62,418 nucleotides of DNA from a virus. Its lineage: Duplodnaviria; Caudoviricetes. The number at the start of each line of letters is the position of its first letter. Position 1 is the stretch's first letter. Location of the stretch: positions 1 to 62,418 of IMG/VR virus record IMGVR_UViG_3300021963_000132; one strand, written 5' to 3'. The position numbers and the translations under genes are program-made. Below, piece by piece: positions 18,333-28,433 of the stretch. Below the pieces are notes generated by a model that was not told the DNA's origin, made no database searches, and saw only the letters and a program-made list of their open reading frames with translations.

Positions 18333-21300
18333 AGCACCATCTTGTTCTGTGTTTGTGGTAACTCTATTCTATATAAAATCTGCTCATTCCCTGATTTGCG
18401 ACTCGTCGGTTTCTTCGGCCCAAGTCGCTTGGCTAGCGAACGGAGCCATTTAGCCTGTTGTTTGGAGATGTATCCCTCATCGAGTGCGTAGCCAATAGCC
18501 CATGACGACCAACCCTCACGAATGCTCTTGCGGAGTTTGCTCATCACCCCAGAAACCCCACCCTTTTTCCATGAAGACACTAAGTCACTGGTCAATTTCT
18601 CTGTATCTATTTGTTTTGCTACGCCACGGGCAACATTGGAGGCTGCGTCCAAGACTTCCTCGGATGTGTAGCGTCTCCCCGTGCGCTGGCTTCGCATTGT
18701 GGTCGGGGTTTCGGCTCTTCTCCTGATGACATCGCGAGCAGCCGAAATTCCAGCATTTCTTTTTTGACGACGAGCCTCTGCTCGTTCATATAGGAGTTCG
18801 CCTATTTGTTCATCAGTTTTTCGGCGCTTTTCGTCAAGTTCATCAAGGCGTTTCCGAATTTGTTCTTTCTTCTCGCTAGAAAGTGACGTCCACTCCTCTG
18901 GGGTCGGCCCAAAAGTCATCAGTGCGTCGAATGCCTCCTGAGAACCCAGTTCTGCGACTATTTCTGCTTCTACCGCTTCCACCTCGGCATCAAGTTCTTC
19001 ATATGCATTGCCTACAATTCTATTTAATTCTGCTAGTTCCTTCGGATTCGCTCCAGCGATTATTCTTTGCGACTCTTGTTGAATTAAACTTGCGTCTTCT
19101 TCGGCCACGAATGGTTTTGGATTGATGCCATGCCTAGATAGGGCTGGATATTCATCGCTGAACGACCTCCGCTCGCGTAGTGAACGATTTCTTGAGGCAA
19201 CCGAGCCCGCCACCGCCATCCGGTCTGTAACTGTCTCCATGTCCGCACTTCCACGAGATGAGCGCATGCTGGGTGGGGCGCTAGTACCGTCCGCACCGGC
19301 AGTGGGGGTTTTGCCCGCCGCACCACCCCTCCGCGTGCGCTCAATGAAGCGGAAACCTTCTGCAACAGTTTCCGGCGAAGTTGCCTCAACGGCCCCAACC
19401 GGCACGTATGTACCTGCCTTCGACACTGCCGCAATTCGCTCATCAGCGTTCGCGTCATGGTCCTCCAGCATGAGGGTGAATTCATCGGCACTCATTGGCG
19501 CAACTTCTGGACTGAACTTGTAGAAGTCCTCCTCTCCCAACTTTGCCTCCTTGATTCCGACGTGGTCTTGGAATGCTTTGGACATAGTCAAAGAGGCAAT
19601 AATACTGTCTTGGATTTCTTCAGTATGAACAGTTAGTTGTTCATCTTCTGGAAGTGTCAAGTTGGCAGATTTTATTGCTGCCCAGCGATGGTGACCATCC
19701 ACCACATAACCATCCTTTGAGGAGATGATACTTCCATCCATCCACCAAGGGAATGCTGTTTTTGGCTTGCCATTATCATCAAGGATTCGATTTCCATTTC
19801 TGTCAAATAGTGGAATCTCTTCTTTAAGTTCAAAGTTCAGCCATTGCTCGCGAAGTTTCTTAAACTCCTCACTGCCGCGTTTAACTCCGCGACTTTCAGC
19901 CCAAGACACAAATGATTCGTAATTGTCCTCAATGCTAATTACCATTCCGGCTACTTTTTCCGCCTGAATCTGCGACTGTGAGGCGGTAAGTTCCTCAACG
20001 GAAATATTGCGACGAGATACAACAGCATCTCCATCTAGTCCTTTTGCTTTCCATCTCTTATTGAGGTGTTCAATCAGGCGTGGCACAAAGTCCACCTCTG
20101 TGTCGTTCCAGTCCACTAATGAGTAAAATTCTTCTTTTTCTTCATCGCTAAGTGTTCCGGCGACAAACTTACCCTTTTTGTTTGTCTTGGCATGCTTGGC
20201 CTTGAGTTCTTCAAAACGAGCCATTTCCTCTGGCGTTAGTTCAATTTTTTGACCCTCAGGGGTGCGCTTTCCTGGTTTCCATTTTGTATCTACAAGACCA
20301 GCCTTTGCTGCGCGTGCGCCATTGGTGTCGTCTCCCTTGAGGCGCCCAGAAACCTGTGGCATCTTCATTCTCTTTGTACCAATATTTTTAGCACAGAATA
20401 TATTTGTTCCAGAGATGTACATTTTGCACGAGTCAATGGTGTATTGAGCACGCTCTTTTTCTGTCATATCAGGCACACTTTTAAGATAGGTATTAAGTTC
20501 TTGTTGTAATATTTCGTTGGCTTTTTTGCTTTGTTTAGCACGTGCTTTGCTGCCCAGGTCCACATTGTAGCCAAGAGCCATGAGTGCTGCTGCGGTAGAA
20601 ATATCATCAACCCTATATACCGGCTGACCATCGGCAACAGAGACAGTGCCAGTCCGCCTAAGCCCTAATTTTTGTAGTTCATTATCGGACTTATCGTGTA
20701 GGCCGCCTTCACCCATTTCGCGAATCTTTTTGAATGCTTTGACAGATTCAGGGTCGGGCTTGGGTTCGGGTGCTTCAGCACGCTGTGACCGCATGCTGCG
20801 AGGACGCGAGGTTGCGTCAGTGACATCCGGCGCGCCACGTCCACGAACATCGCGGGAGATAGGTGAACCTGAACTTTCGTAGAATCGCATGCCCTCGGCC
20901 AGCGACTCTTCGCGTCCCTCGGCACGCTCAATAGCACCCTTGGGGGCATAAAGACCACGTTTTTTAAGTTCGGCCACCGTGTTTGGCAGGTCATCCGTAT
21001 ATTTGGTGAGCACGGAGCCCAATTCATCTGGGGTTATTGATGGAATATCGGCATTGGGAACAAAGTATTCCTCTTCTCCCAATTTGGCTTTCTTGATTCC
21101 CACATGCTCCATCATTGCCTTGGCGGTATTAAGCGCTTCAAAGATGTTGAGGTCAACCTCTCGCGTATTAATCGTTAATTGTTCTTCTGGTGGAAGACCC
21201 TCGTTGACAATACGAATTGCCGCCCATCGGTGATGGCCATCCACAACATAGCCATCTCGTGCTGTAATAATTGACCCCTTGGCCCACCACGCTTCGGCAA

Positions 21301-24300
21301 ACTTTGGTTTTCCAGTTTTTTTATCAATCTTCTGCACACCGTTTTCATCCAAAAGCGGAATTTGTCCATCAAGTTCGCCCTTAAGGAACTTTGACCGCAT
21401 CTCCATGAATTCTGGAGAACCTCGCTTGATTCCCTGCGACTCAGCAAAAGTTACAAACGAGTTGTAGTTCTCTAGTACGCCATTGGTCATTTTCCCGACT
21501 TTGTCTGCTTGTAGTTCAATTTGTGATGCCGTATAGTTCGACGGGTTAACACCGTCAATTTGGGTAACAATGTCCTCGCGCCCGTAGGCTTCGCGCATTT
21601 GGTCTATCCACTCATCAACGAAGTCAACCTCTGTGTCATTCCAATCAACGAGTTCGTAGAAGCGTGCAGTTTCTTCTGGCGAAAGTGGATTTGCTATTTC
21701 CTTGCCCTTGGCTGGATGGCGGGCTTTGAGGGCCTCAAACTCGGCCATCTCCTCTGGGGTAAGTTCGACCTTTGTTCCATCCGGATTTCTCTTACCCGCT
21801 TCCCACTTGGTCTTGACGAGCCCAGCCTTTGCAGCCCGCGCAGCAAGCGTGTCATCGCCCTGCATGCGCCCACTAACCTGAGGCATCTCTAGGCGCTCAG
21901 TACCAATGCTCTCGCTGCAGAAAAAGTTCGTTCCGCCGATGTACATGCGACAGCCGTTGATTTGATATGAGGCACGCTCTTTGGGGCTAAGGTCGTCGCG
22001 TAGTTTTAGATACTCGTTTAGGTCTTCCTGGAGCGTTTCAGCGGCTCGTTGTGTTTCTATTGCCCGGGCCCCATCACCCAATTCTACGTTATAGCCAAGA
22101 GCGAGCAAGGCTGCGGCAGTCTCATTGTCACTGACTTGATAAACAGGTAGCCCATCATCAATACCGACGTTGTCTGTTCTGGTCAAGCCGAGTTCTGCCA
22201 AATCGTCATCACTGGCATTATGCAGACCGCCTGGCCCCTTGCGCTGGACCTCGTCAAATACCTCACCTATACGACGTTGGCGTTTTGCAATTGGGGTAGT
22301 TGAGCGAACTCCACCATCGGCTCCAGTTATTTCGCGTGTTGACGTGCGGCCCAATAGTGGACCATCGGATGGCTTGGCAGATTGAGCATCTAGGTCATCG
22401 GAAACACGGCGAGCCATCACATTCCCACGCCTGCCAAGTTCATCCAAATCTGCCAATTCGTCATCACTCAATACAACATCTGTGAATTCTGAAGAAACTC
22501 GCGCAGACCGAAGTCCAACCTCCCTGCGCCGTTCCATTTCTGGCGTACGGAGAGTTGACTCGTCAGCATGCTCGCCGCCAGTAGTAACACGCCCCCTTGC
22601 ACTTGACTTGGCAAACATTACGGCGTCCGAAATAAAAACTGGGTCCCTGGTCCCATCACTGTCATCCTTATGCGTGCGTTCAATAAGCAAAACATACTTT
22701 GGGTCAACTCCAGAATATGTTTCAGTGACTCCGTTTTTCCATGTAACGATAAGTTCGCGATTATCGTCGTCCCATGTAATGGCGTCAATCAGTTGTGAAC
22801 GCCTGGTATCAATTCGTGTTTTCCCACCTTTGCCGACACGGGAAAGTTCACGTTCTATGTCGGAAGGGTTGTCGGCAAAATCAATAACCCAATCTGGTAT
22901 TTCTTCCTCAGGTATATCATCCCCCGTCGTCGGGGTGTTGTCTCCGCCCCTACCGACATCGGGGGTTCGTCTGCGACGTTCAATTTCGTCTCTTGCAAGA
23001 GGCAGTTTCCCAGTTCGCATATACTCGGCCCGAAGGGGTTCATCGTTATATGTTCCCCCTTTGCTGCCCCTCATGGTCAGTGACCTAATGTTTTCGGTGT
23101 TCATGTCGTAGCGCAAGCGTTTGAAAAGTAGTTCTTCATTCGGCTCACCTGACACAGCACCGGTAATCGCAGTAAGGGCATTTATGTCATGGAGTGCTAT
23201 TCCGTGTGGATTTGTAACTATTAAAGTTGCTGAATCACCAAAATCTTTTTTATGTTGTTCAACTGCTCGTTTTGCTGTCTTGTGTTGACGCAACAATAAA
23301 AATGCATTTTTAAATCTGGCTGCTGGGTGATTATCTGGAAGTGTTCCATCCAGCAACCCGTCTATTGTGGAATCTAAGTCTCCGGTAATGCCCGAATCCA
23401 TCAGGAGTTGTTTTATTTTTTCCCGACCACCAATTTCTTCTGCTGTCAATTTTTCTAATTCAAGGCTATTAATTGGAATCTTTGCGGTGGCGACATCGTC
23501 GGTGGTCACCTGGCCACCGATAACGGCCTGATGTGTGGCGGGTGTTTTTGCACTTCGCATGGAACGCATGCCGCTACGGCCAGAGCCAAGACCTGTTAGT
23601 TTTTCGCTTGATGTCGCTTCGGCAACCTCTATCAACTCTTCCAATGATTCAAGTTCGGTTGCTCCATGTTGTTGACTGGCAAGGTGTGCTGCAGCAACCT
23701 CGTCCCTATCGGTTGACAGAAGTGGTGTTGGTTGGCGTTTGCCGTCAAGTATATCGCCGCGTGTATAGGCAGTACGTTTTGCTGTCTCTGGCGAAAGAAC
23801 CAATTCAATGACTTTACCGCCGCGTTTATGTTGGGCGTATTGGTCCATGTCATCGGTACCAGAAAAAAACTCTGCGCTTCTACCTATGAAGCCTTCGCCC
23901 GGAAGCGAATCAAGGTATTCCTGAGTTTGCTGCTCGTTGGTTTGGTGAGACAGGTATCCAAAGTGCGAGCGCTCGGAGTCCGGTAGTTTCCCCGATACGC
24001 CATTGGCATCCTCAAATGCCCGCTGTAGAGAGGAGCCAATACTGTCTGGCCGCTTCTCTGCCGGAGAGGGTAGTTTCCCGCTTACTACAAAATCTGCGTA
24101 TTCGTCCTCTGTGAGGGAAATACGTGGCCTATCGTCGAAACGTTCATGGAATCTGAATACCGTATTATTGATTTCATCAATGGCATTATCAGAAAATAAA
24201 ACTTCCATTGTTGACGAACTTATGGAGTCTAGGAGTTCGTAATATTCCTCTGGCAAATCGCCTGCATCATATTTGTTTCGTAGTTCTTCTAGTCTCCCCA

Positions 24301-27300
24301 GGGCCGTCTCGCGCTGTGCTCTTCCCTGTCTTATGCGTTCCGCCCTTCTTCTCTGGGCATCCAGCATATCGAGGCTTCTTGAACCCAAATCAGGAGTGGT
24401 CCCAAAGTAATCACTCCCACTCTCTGCCATTGTCTCGTGTACTGCCTTGACTTTTTTGTTATTCCGCGTTGACACCGCAGCATCGGCACTTCTTCCACGG
24501 ACAGAGCGCGATGACACGGGAATCTTTCCACGTTCTTCTACGAGTGTGTCGCGCAGAATTCGTTTTTCTTCCGCTGCTGCGGAGCCCATGGGAGCGTCAA
24601 TCGCTTCAACTTTGTCAATCAAATCTGTGAGTATCTCATCTTTTGATTTTTGTTTTGATGGCGTCAGAATTGGTGTGCCATCAGGCATTTCGCCCGTTAC
24701 CTCAAGTGAGCCTGGTGGCATGAGAACGCCATCCGTTGCACCGTCATGACCATTCTTTGTGTGCATCGCACGAGTGCCTTTGGGGGCAACAATAACAACG
24801 CGCTGCGACATTTCGGGGGATGTCAATTTTAGTGAATCGCCAGCATCCGAGTCAACGAGCAGGCCACGCACGGGAGATGAGTGCTCGATGACGCTTCCAA
24901 CCGTTAGGGGCTCATCCAATTCAATTGCTGAAACAATTGTCATCTCGTCTTCGACAACAGAACTTTCAAGACCATCCAATGTTGGGAATATCTTGTCGCG
25001 CATCTGGTTCTCCAGCAGGGCGTCAACACTTTCCTGGTCTGGCGTACTCATTGTCCCAGCGCCCTCGCGAAGTGATTCGCGCGCACGTGCCGAGCGGTCA
25101 ACGGATGCACGAATTTCCGTCACATCATCAGCAAGTAACCCAGATGCGGTTTGCCATTCTCTACTGAGTTCAATGGGCTGGTCTGCTTCAGCGATGGCTT
25201 TATGCTGCGGCCCATTGCGCTCTGCTATTTCGTCTATCTTGCGACGCCCAACAAGGTCTGGGGCACTGGAAAGCGTTGCTGATGCAAGTTCCTCGCTAGT
25301 TGGTTCATATTCTGGGGAACGACGCTTCTTCTTATCGCCCTTGTCTGGGGCATTCTCCTTGTTACGTACTTTCCCGGGGACATATTGCCTATTGGATGAA
25401 TCAAAGCCATCTCGTCCTGTTGTGAGGTCGCCGGTATGGTCGGCGATTTCGCGCTGCCAGTGGGCAAGTTCATCATCATCAACTTCGGTAATGTCGTCAT
25501 AGCCACGAGCGCGCCTCTTATTTAGTGCACTCTGGCGAAGACCTTTTTGGTTTGGCCGGAGACTAGAGTCAGCGCGACGCATGTATTTGCCCGGCTGTGG
25601 GTTGTAGCCCTTAGCGTTATAGTCCGCAACCTTGTCGTCGGACATCTTTGAACGCGTAGTGTTTTGGTCAAGAATTTGACGCATTCCCTTAATGGCAAGC
25701 CACATGCGAGCCTGTTCATCTGCGGTAAGCGGTTCTGTCGCCGACTTGTCACGTAGGCGCTGGTACTCCGCTTCTAATTTTTCGTAGCGTGCATCCAGTT
25801 GCTCTGGGCTCATCTTCCAATATGCATCAGTTTTATGGCGTATGCCACTCAATGGGTCATTGGGGTCCGGTCCGCCCTCTTCTGGTCCTAGGCCGAATGC
25901 AGCGTCAATAAACTGACGAATTTCGTCGTCATTTTGTTCAAGTGGAATACTCGAGGAGTCTTCTGGATGCCACTGTGTTTCGTTGTCCATCCAGATGTGA
26001 CCAGCCAAGTCACCAAAACCAACAGGAACCTCTTTGGGTTTTCCAGTTTCATCTACATCTGGAGTTGGTGGGGCTGAGGGGGTTGGCACTCCGGGTGGGT
26101 CGGCTTGAGGCGGGTCAACCTCTATGTCTGGTGAACCCCTGGGGGGTATTGGAGCATCAGGGTCGCCGAATCCTGGAGGGACATTGCCCGGTATGTCGCT
26201 GGGGCGCCTATACGTCTGACTCTCTGGCAACATCCATTTAATGCTGGTTCTTACCTCTTCTCCAGCAAGTAATCCCATTTCCCACTGTGCGTATATTTCT
26301 GTGCTTCCCTCCATGAGGGCTTTACGCAACTCTTTGGCTGCTTCTTCAGGTTTGCCTGCCTCGAGGAGACGTTCCGCGTTTCTTAATTTATCTTGATAGT
26401 ACTTGCCAGCAAATATATTAGTAAGACTTCCCTCGAGCGTATACGCACCTCCAGGCGGAAAGTCATAGGCGTTGGGGGAATTCATGAATTCACTGAGTAC
26501 CGCATGCATCCACTCGTCGTTAGTCCATGTCTCTGGGGGACTTTCTAGAACTCTTCCGCTCGGCAAGACAATACGCCCATCTCGCTCATATATATCCAAA
26601 ATCTTTTGCTGAGTAGCGTTATATTGAAGTGCATGTCCAAGTTCGTGGTACGCGATATGTCGAGCCTTCCCCCTGATGCCATCAATACCAAGTGCTGCCT
26701 GGAGTCTTGCTGAACTCACTTCGTTGGCATAACCAACTGATTCTGCGAATACCATCGCGTTACTAATTTCTTCGGCAACTCGCAGCATCTCGGCCAAGCG
26801 TTGTGGTTCGCTAAAACTTTCATCTGGTACTACATACCATCCACCCTTGCCATCCTCTGCTACGCGCTTGGCGCCGCTAGGTCCAAGTAGGTGGGTCAGT
26901 GCTAGCCCAACAGAGTTGAATTTAACAGTGGTAGAAAGCCGTCCATCAATAAGTGTTGCAGGACTTGTCGCACCTTCGATTTCGGCAAATTCCGCAATAC
27001 TTTCGCCGGGTCCTAGTTCATTACCTACCGTAAGCGCTGTAATATTGCCTAGTGTTTTGGCTGCATCCGGATAATCCCTACTCCATACGGCAACCGTAGA
27101 CAGAGATTCCCTTTGTGCCAAATGGTGTCGCCTCCTTACGTCATCTAGTACAGTTTGTCGTTGTTCGGGCGTAAGGCTACTTAGAAATTCCGGGTCAATA
27201 TGACTCTCTAGTACTTTGCGAATTTCTGCGTCATAAACAGCAGAGGCTGTTTTCATATTTTCCCTGAATGACTTCGTGTCATCCCACCGCATACTGCACC

Positions 27301-28411
27301 CAGAGGTGTCGTCGCCACGACAAATTTTAAAACCTGGAACGTCGGCGAATATCCCAGCCTCTTGTTCTCCGGAGTAGTTTACGTTTGGACCAAAAAGAAA
27401 GGCAAATGCTTCTTCCTCTGCCTCTTTTTGCGTAAGACCTTCATCCATAAAGCGAGCCGTCAGGTCGTTGTATATTCCCTCCATGACATCCGCATTGGCA
27501 TTTTCCAATGAAATATCTTCTGGGATATCTCCCAAGACTTCTTTAAGAACTTGATTGAAACGCTCACCTCTGGCTTGGATGTGTTCGCGACTTCCAATTT
27601 GGTCACGCCGGGCACGCTCAAACCTATTTTGCTGCTCGCGCTCGAATGGGGTAAGAAAGCGGCCATATCTCTGGACGTCGGAGCCAAGTTCCGCCATTTG
27701 GTTTAGGCGCTTCCCGACACGGAGGAAACCTCTAACAATTGTTCCAACGCCTATTGTCATGCAGTTGGACATATCGACATCAGTGAACTGGTTGGCATTG
27801 GGTGTGCCCGGGGGGCACCGCATCTTGCCATTGGCGTCAATGATTCCGCCAGCAGCACGGAATGCCGCCTGACCAATTTCGCCCGCTTCTTCGGAAATTC
27901 TTTTTCCAAGAGCCTTGAAACGAATTTTGTCGGTTACTTTCCCCGATGGAGTGCCGGATTCGCTTGTCTCGTAGCGAACAAGATGAACGGGGGGACGATT
28001 GACGTAGTACTGACGCAACTCCTCCCTGGCTTTTTCTGCTTCTTCTTTTGTGGCAGGACCAGGTGGGTCAACCCAACCGAATTTTGCACCGTTGGGCGAG
28101 GTTAATTCACGAAATGTCGTGTGTAATTTAAGTAGTTGCCCAGGCTTTCTTTTTGCCGATGGGTTGTAGTCAAGTTTTATCTGGGGTACTTCTTCGTTTA
28201 ATTCCCCCGTTTGTTCTCGATTGCTCCCGCCACCAATTGTTTTGGCGGCTGGCGGAAGTGCCTTGATTGCGATGTTGGGCACAAGACTAGGCTGAGCGGC
28301 GGAGAACCCCCTCAGTTCCTTGAAATATAGGCATGCCTCATTAATGTCACGGGCGCGCAGGCTATACGCCTTTCGCATGATGTGACGATGAGGGATTTTC
28401 CTACCCGCCAT
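18329..28411 (-). CDS. Giant multidomain protein (about 3360 aa): RCPxG motif, HExxH zincin, degenerate ART-like, DUF3626-like, KTSC-like, 2x ParB/Srx-like
   Basis: ATG at 28411 has a GGAG RBS (the track starts at TTG 28423). Motifs: MRCPPGTPNANQFTD; HELGH (26633-26647); VVIVAPKGTRA...VLMPPGSLEV; RTAYTRGD; ITWDDDNRELIVTWKNG; DGYVVDGHHRWAA twice. Confidence 0.9.
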   Translation of the reverse strand: MAGRKIPHRHIMRKAYSLRARDINEACLYFKELRGFSAAQPSLVPNIAIKALPPAAKTIGGGSNREQTGELNEEVPQIKLDYNPSAKRKPGQLLKLHTTFRELTSPNGAKFGWVDPPGPATKEEAEKAREELRQYYVNRPPVHLVRYETSESGTPSGKVTDKIRFKALGKRISEEAGEIGQAAFRAAGGIIDANGKMRCPPGTPNANQFTDVDMSNCMTIGVGTIVRGFLRVGKRLNQMAELGSDVQRYGRFLTPFEREQQNRFERARRDQIGSREHIQARGERFNQVLKEVLGDIPEDISLENANADVMEGIYNDLTARFMDEGLTQKEAEEEAFAFLFGPNVNYSGEQEAGIFADVPGFKICRGDDTSGCSMRWDDTKSFRENMKTASAVYDAEIRKVLESHIDPEFLSSLTPEQRQTVLDDVRRRHHLAQRESLSTVAVWSRDYPDAAKTLGNITALTVGNELGPGESIAEFAEIEGATSPATLIDGRLSTTVKFNSVGLALTHLLGPSGAKRVAEDGKGGWYVVPDESFSEPQRLAEMLRVAEEISNAMVFAESVGYANEVSSARLQAALGIDGIRGKARHIAYHELGHALQYNATQQKILDIYERDGRIVLPSGRVLESPPETWTNDEWMHAVLSEFMNSPNAYDFPPGGAYTLEGSLTNIFAGKYYQDKLRNAERLLEAGKPEEAAKELRKALMEGSTEIYAQWEMGLLAGEEVRTSIKWMLPESQTYRRPSDIPGNVPPGFGDPDAPIPPRGSPDIEVDPPQADPPGVPTPSAPPTPDVDETGKPKEVPVGFGDLAGHIWMDNETQWHPEDSSSIPLEQNDDEIRQFIDAAFGLGPEEGGPDPNDPLSGIRHKTDAYWKMSPEQLDARYEKLEAEYQRLRDKSATEPLTADEQARMWLAIKGMRQILDQNTTRSKMSDDKVADYNAKGYNPQPGKYMRRADSSLRPNQKGLRQSALNKRRARGYDDITEVDDDELAHWQREIADHTGDLTTGRDGFDSSNRQYVPGKVRNKENAPDKGDKKKRRSPEYEPTSEELASATLSSAPDLVGRRKIDEIAERNGPQHKAIAEADQPIELSREWQTASGLLADDVTEIRASVDRSARARESLREGAGTMSTPDQESVDALLENQMRDKIFPTLDGLESSVVEDEMTIVSAIELDEPLTVGSVIEHSSPVRGLLVDSDAGDSLKLTSPEMSQRVVIVAPKGTRAMHTKNGHDGATDGVLMPPGSLEVTGEMPDGTPILTPSKQKSKDEILTDLIDKVEAIDAPMGSAAAEEKRILRDTLVEERGKIPVSSRSVRGRSADAAVSTRNNKKVKAVHETMAESGSDYFGTTPDLGSRSLDMLDAQRRRAERIRQGRAQRETALGRLEELRNKYDAGDLPEEYYELLDSISSSTMEVLFSDNAIDEINNTVFRFHERFDDRPRISLTEDEYADFVVSGKLPSPAEKRPDSIGSSLQRAFEDANGVSGKLPDSERSHFGYLSHQTNEQQTQEYLDSLPGEGFIGRSAEFFSGTDDMDQYAQHKRGGKVIELVLSPETAKRTAYTRGDILDGKRQPTPLLSTDRDEVAAAHLASQQHGATELESLEELIEVAEATSSEKLTGLGSGRSGMRSMRSAKTPATHQAVIGGQVTTDDVATAKIPINSLELEKLTAEEIGGREKIKQLLMDSGITGDLDSTIDGLLDGTLPDNHPAARFKNAFLLLRQHKTAKRAVEQHKKDFGDSATLIVTNPHGIALHDINALTAITGAVSGEPNEELLFKRLRYDMNTENIRSLTMRGSKGGTYNDEPLRAEYMRTGKLPLARDEIERRRRTPDVGRGGDNTPTTGDDIPEEEIPDWVIDFADNPSDIERELSRVGKGGKTRIDTRRSQLIDAITWDDDNRELIVTWKNGVTETYSGVDPKYVLLIERTHKDDSDGTRDPVFISDAVMFAKSSARGRVTTGGEHADESTLRTPEMERRREVGLRSARVSSEFTDVVLSDDELADLDELGRRGNVMARRVSDDLDAQSAKPSDGPLLGRTSTREITGADGGVRSTTPIAKRQRRIGEVFDEVQRKGPGGLHNASDDDLAELGLTRTDNVGIDDGLPVYQVSDNETAAALLALGYNVELGDGARAIETQRAAETLQEDLNEYLKLRDDLSPKERASYQINGCRMYIGGTNFFCSESIGTERLEMPQVSGRMQGDDTLAARAAKAGLVKTKWEAGKRNPDGTKVELTPEEMAEFEALKARHPAKGKEIANPLSPEETARFYELVDWNDTEVDFVDEWIDQMREAYGREDIVTQIDGVNPSNYTASQIELQADKVGKMTNGVLENYNSFVTFAESQGIKRGSPEFMEMRSKFLKGELDGQIPLLDENGVQKIDKKTGKPKFAEAWWAKGSIITARDGYVVDGHHRWAAIRIVNEGLPPEEQLTINTREVDLNIFEALNTAKAMMEHVGIKKAKLGEEEYFVPNADIPSITPDELGSVLTKYTDDLPNTVAELKKRGLYAPKGAIERAEGREESLAEGMRFYESSGSPISRDVRGRGAPDVTDATSRPRSMRSQRAEAPEPKPDPESVKAFKKIREMGEGGLHDKSDNELQKLGLRRTGTVSVADGQPVYRVDDISTAAALMALGYNVDLGSKARAKQSKKANEILQQELNTYLKSVPDMTEKERAQYTIDSCKMYISGTNIFCAKNIGTKRMKMPQVSGRLKGDDTNGARAAKAGLVDTKWKPGKRTPEGQKIELTPEEMARFEELKAKHAKTNKKGKFVAGTLSDEEKEEFYSLVDWNDTEVDFVPRLIEHLNKRWKAKGLDGDAVVSRRNISVEELTASQSQIQAEKVAGMVISIEDNYESFVSWAESRGVKRGSEEFKKLREQWLNFELKEEIPLFDRNGNRILDDNGKPKTAFPWWMDGSIISSKDGYVVDGHHRWAAIKSANLTLPEDEQLTVHTEEIQDSIIASLTMSKAFQDHVGIKEAKLGEEDFYKFSPEVAPMSADEFTLMLEDHDANADERIAAVSKAGTYVPVGAVEATSPETVAEGFRFIERTRRGGAAGKTPTAGADGTSAPPSMRSSRGSADMETVTDRMAVAGSVASRNRSLRERRSFSDEYPALSRHGINPKPFVAEEDASLIQQESQRIIAGANPKELAELNRIVGNAYEELDAEVEAVEAEIVAELGSQEAFDALMTFGPTPEEWTSLSSEKKEQIRKRLDELDEKRRKTDEQIGELLYERAEARRQKRNAGISAARDVIRRRAETPTTMRSQRTGRRYTSEEVLDAASNVARGVAKQIDTEKLTSDLVSSWKKGGVSGVMSKLRKSIREGWSSWAIGYALDEGYISKQQAKWLRSLAKRLGPKKPTSRKSGNEQILYRIELPQTQNKMVL
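19350..22230 (-). repeat. Diverged tandem duplication of a roughly 490-aa ParB/Srx-like module
   Basis: Both units contain GGLH..SD..L..LGL.RT, C.MYI.GTN.FC, MPQVSGR, LVDWNDTEVDFV, TASQ...QA.KV, WW..GSII...DGYVVDGHHRWAAI and HVGIK.AKLGEE. Confidence 0.9.
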
Positions 28412-28433
28412 TCCGGGCTCCAATCCCTAGTGC

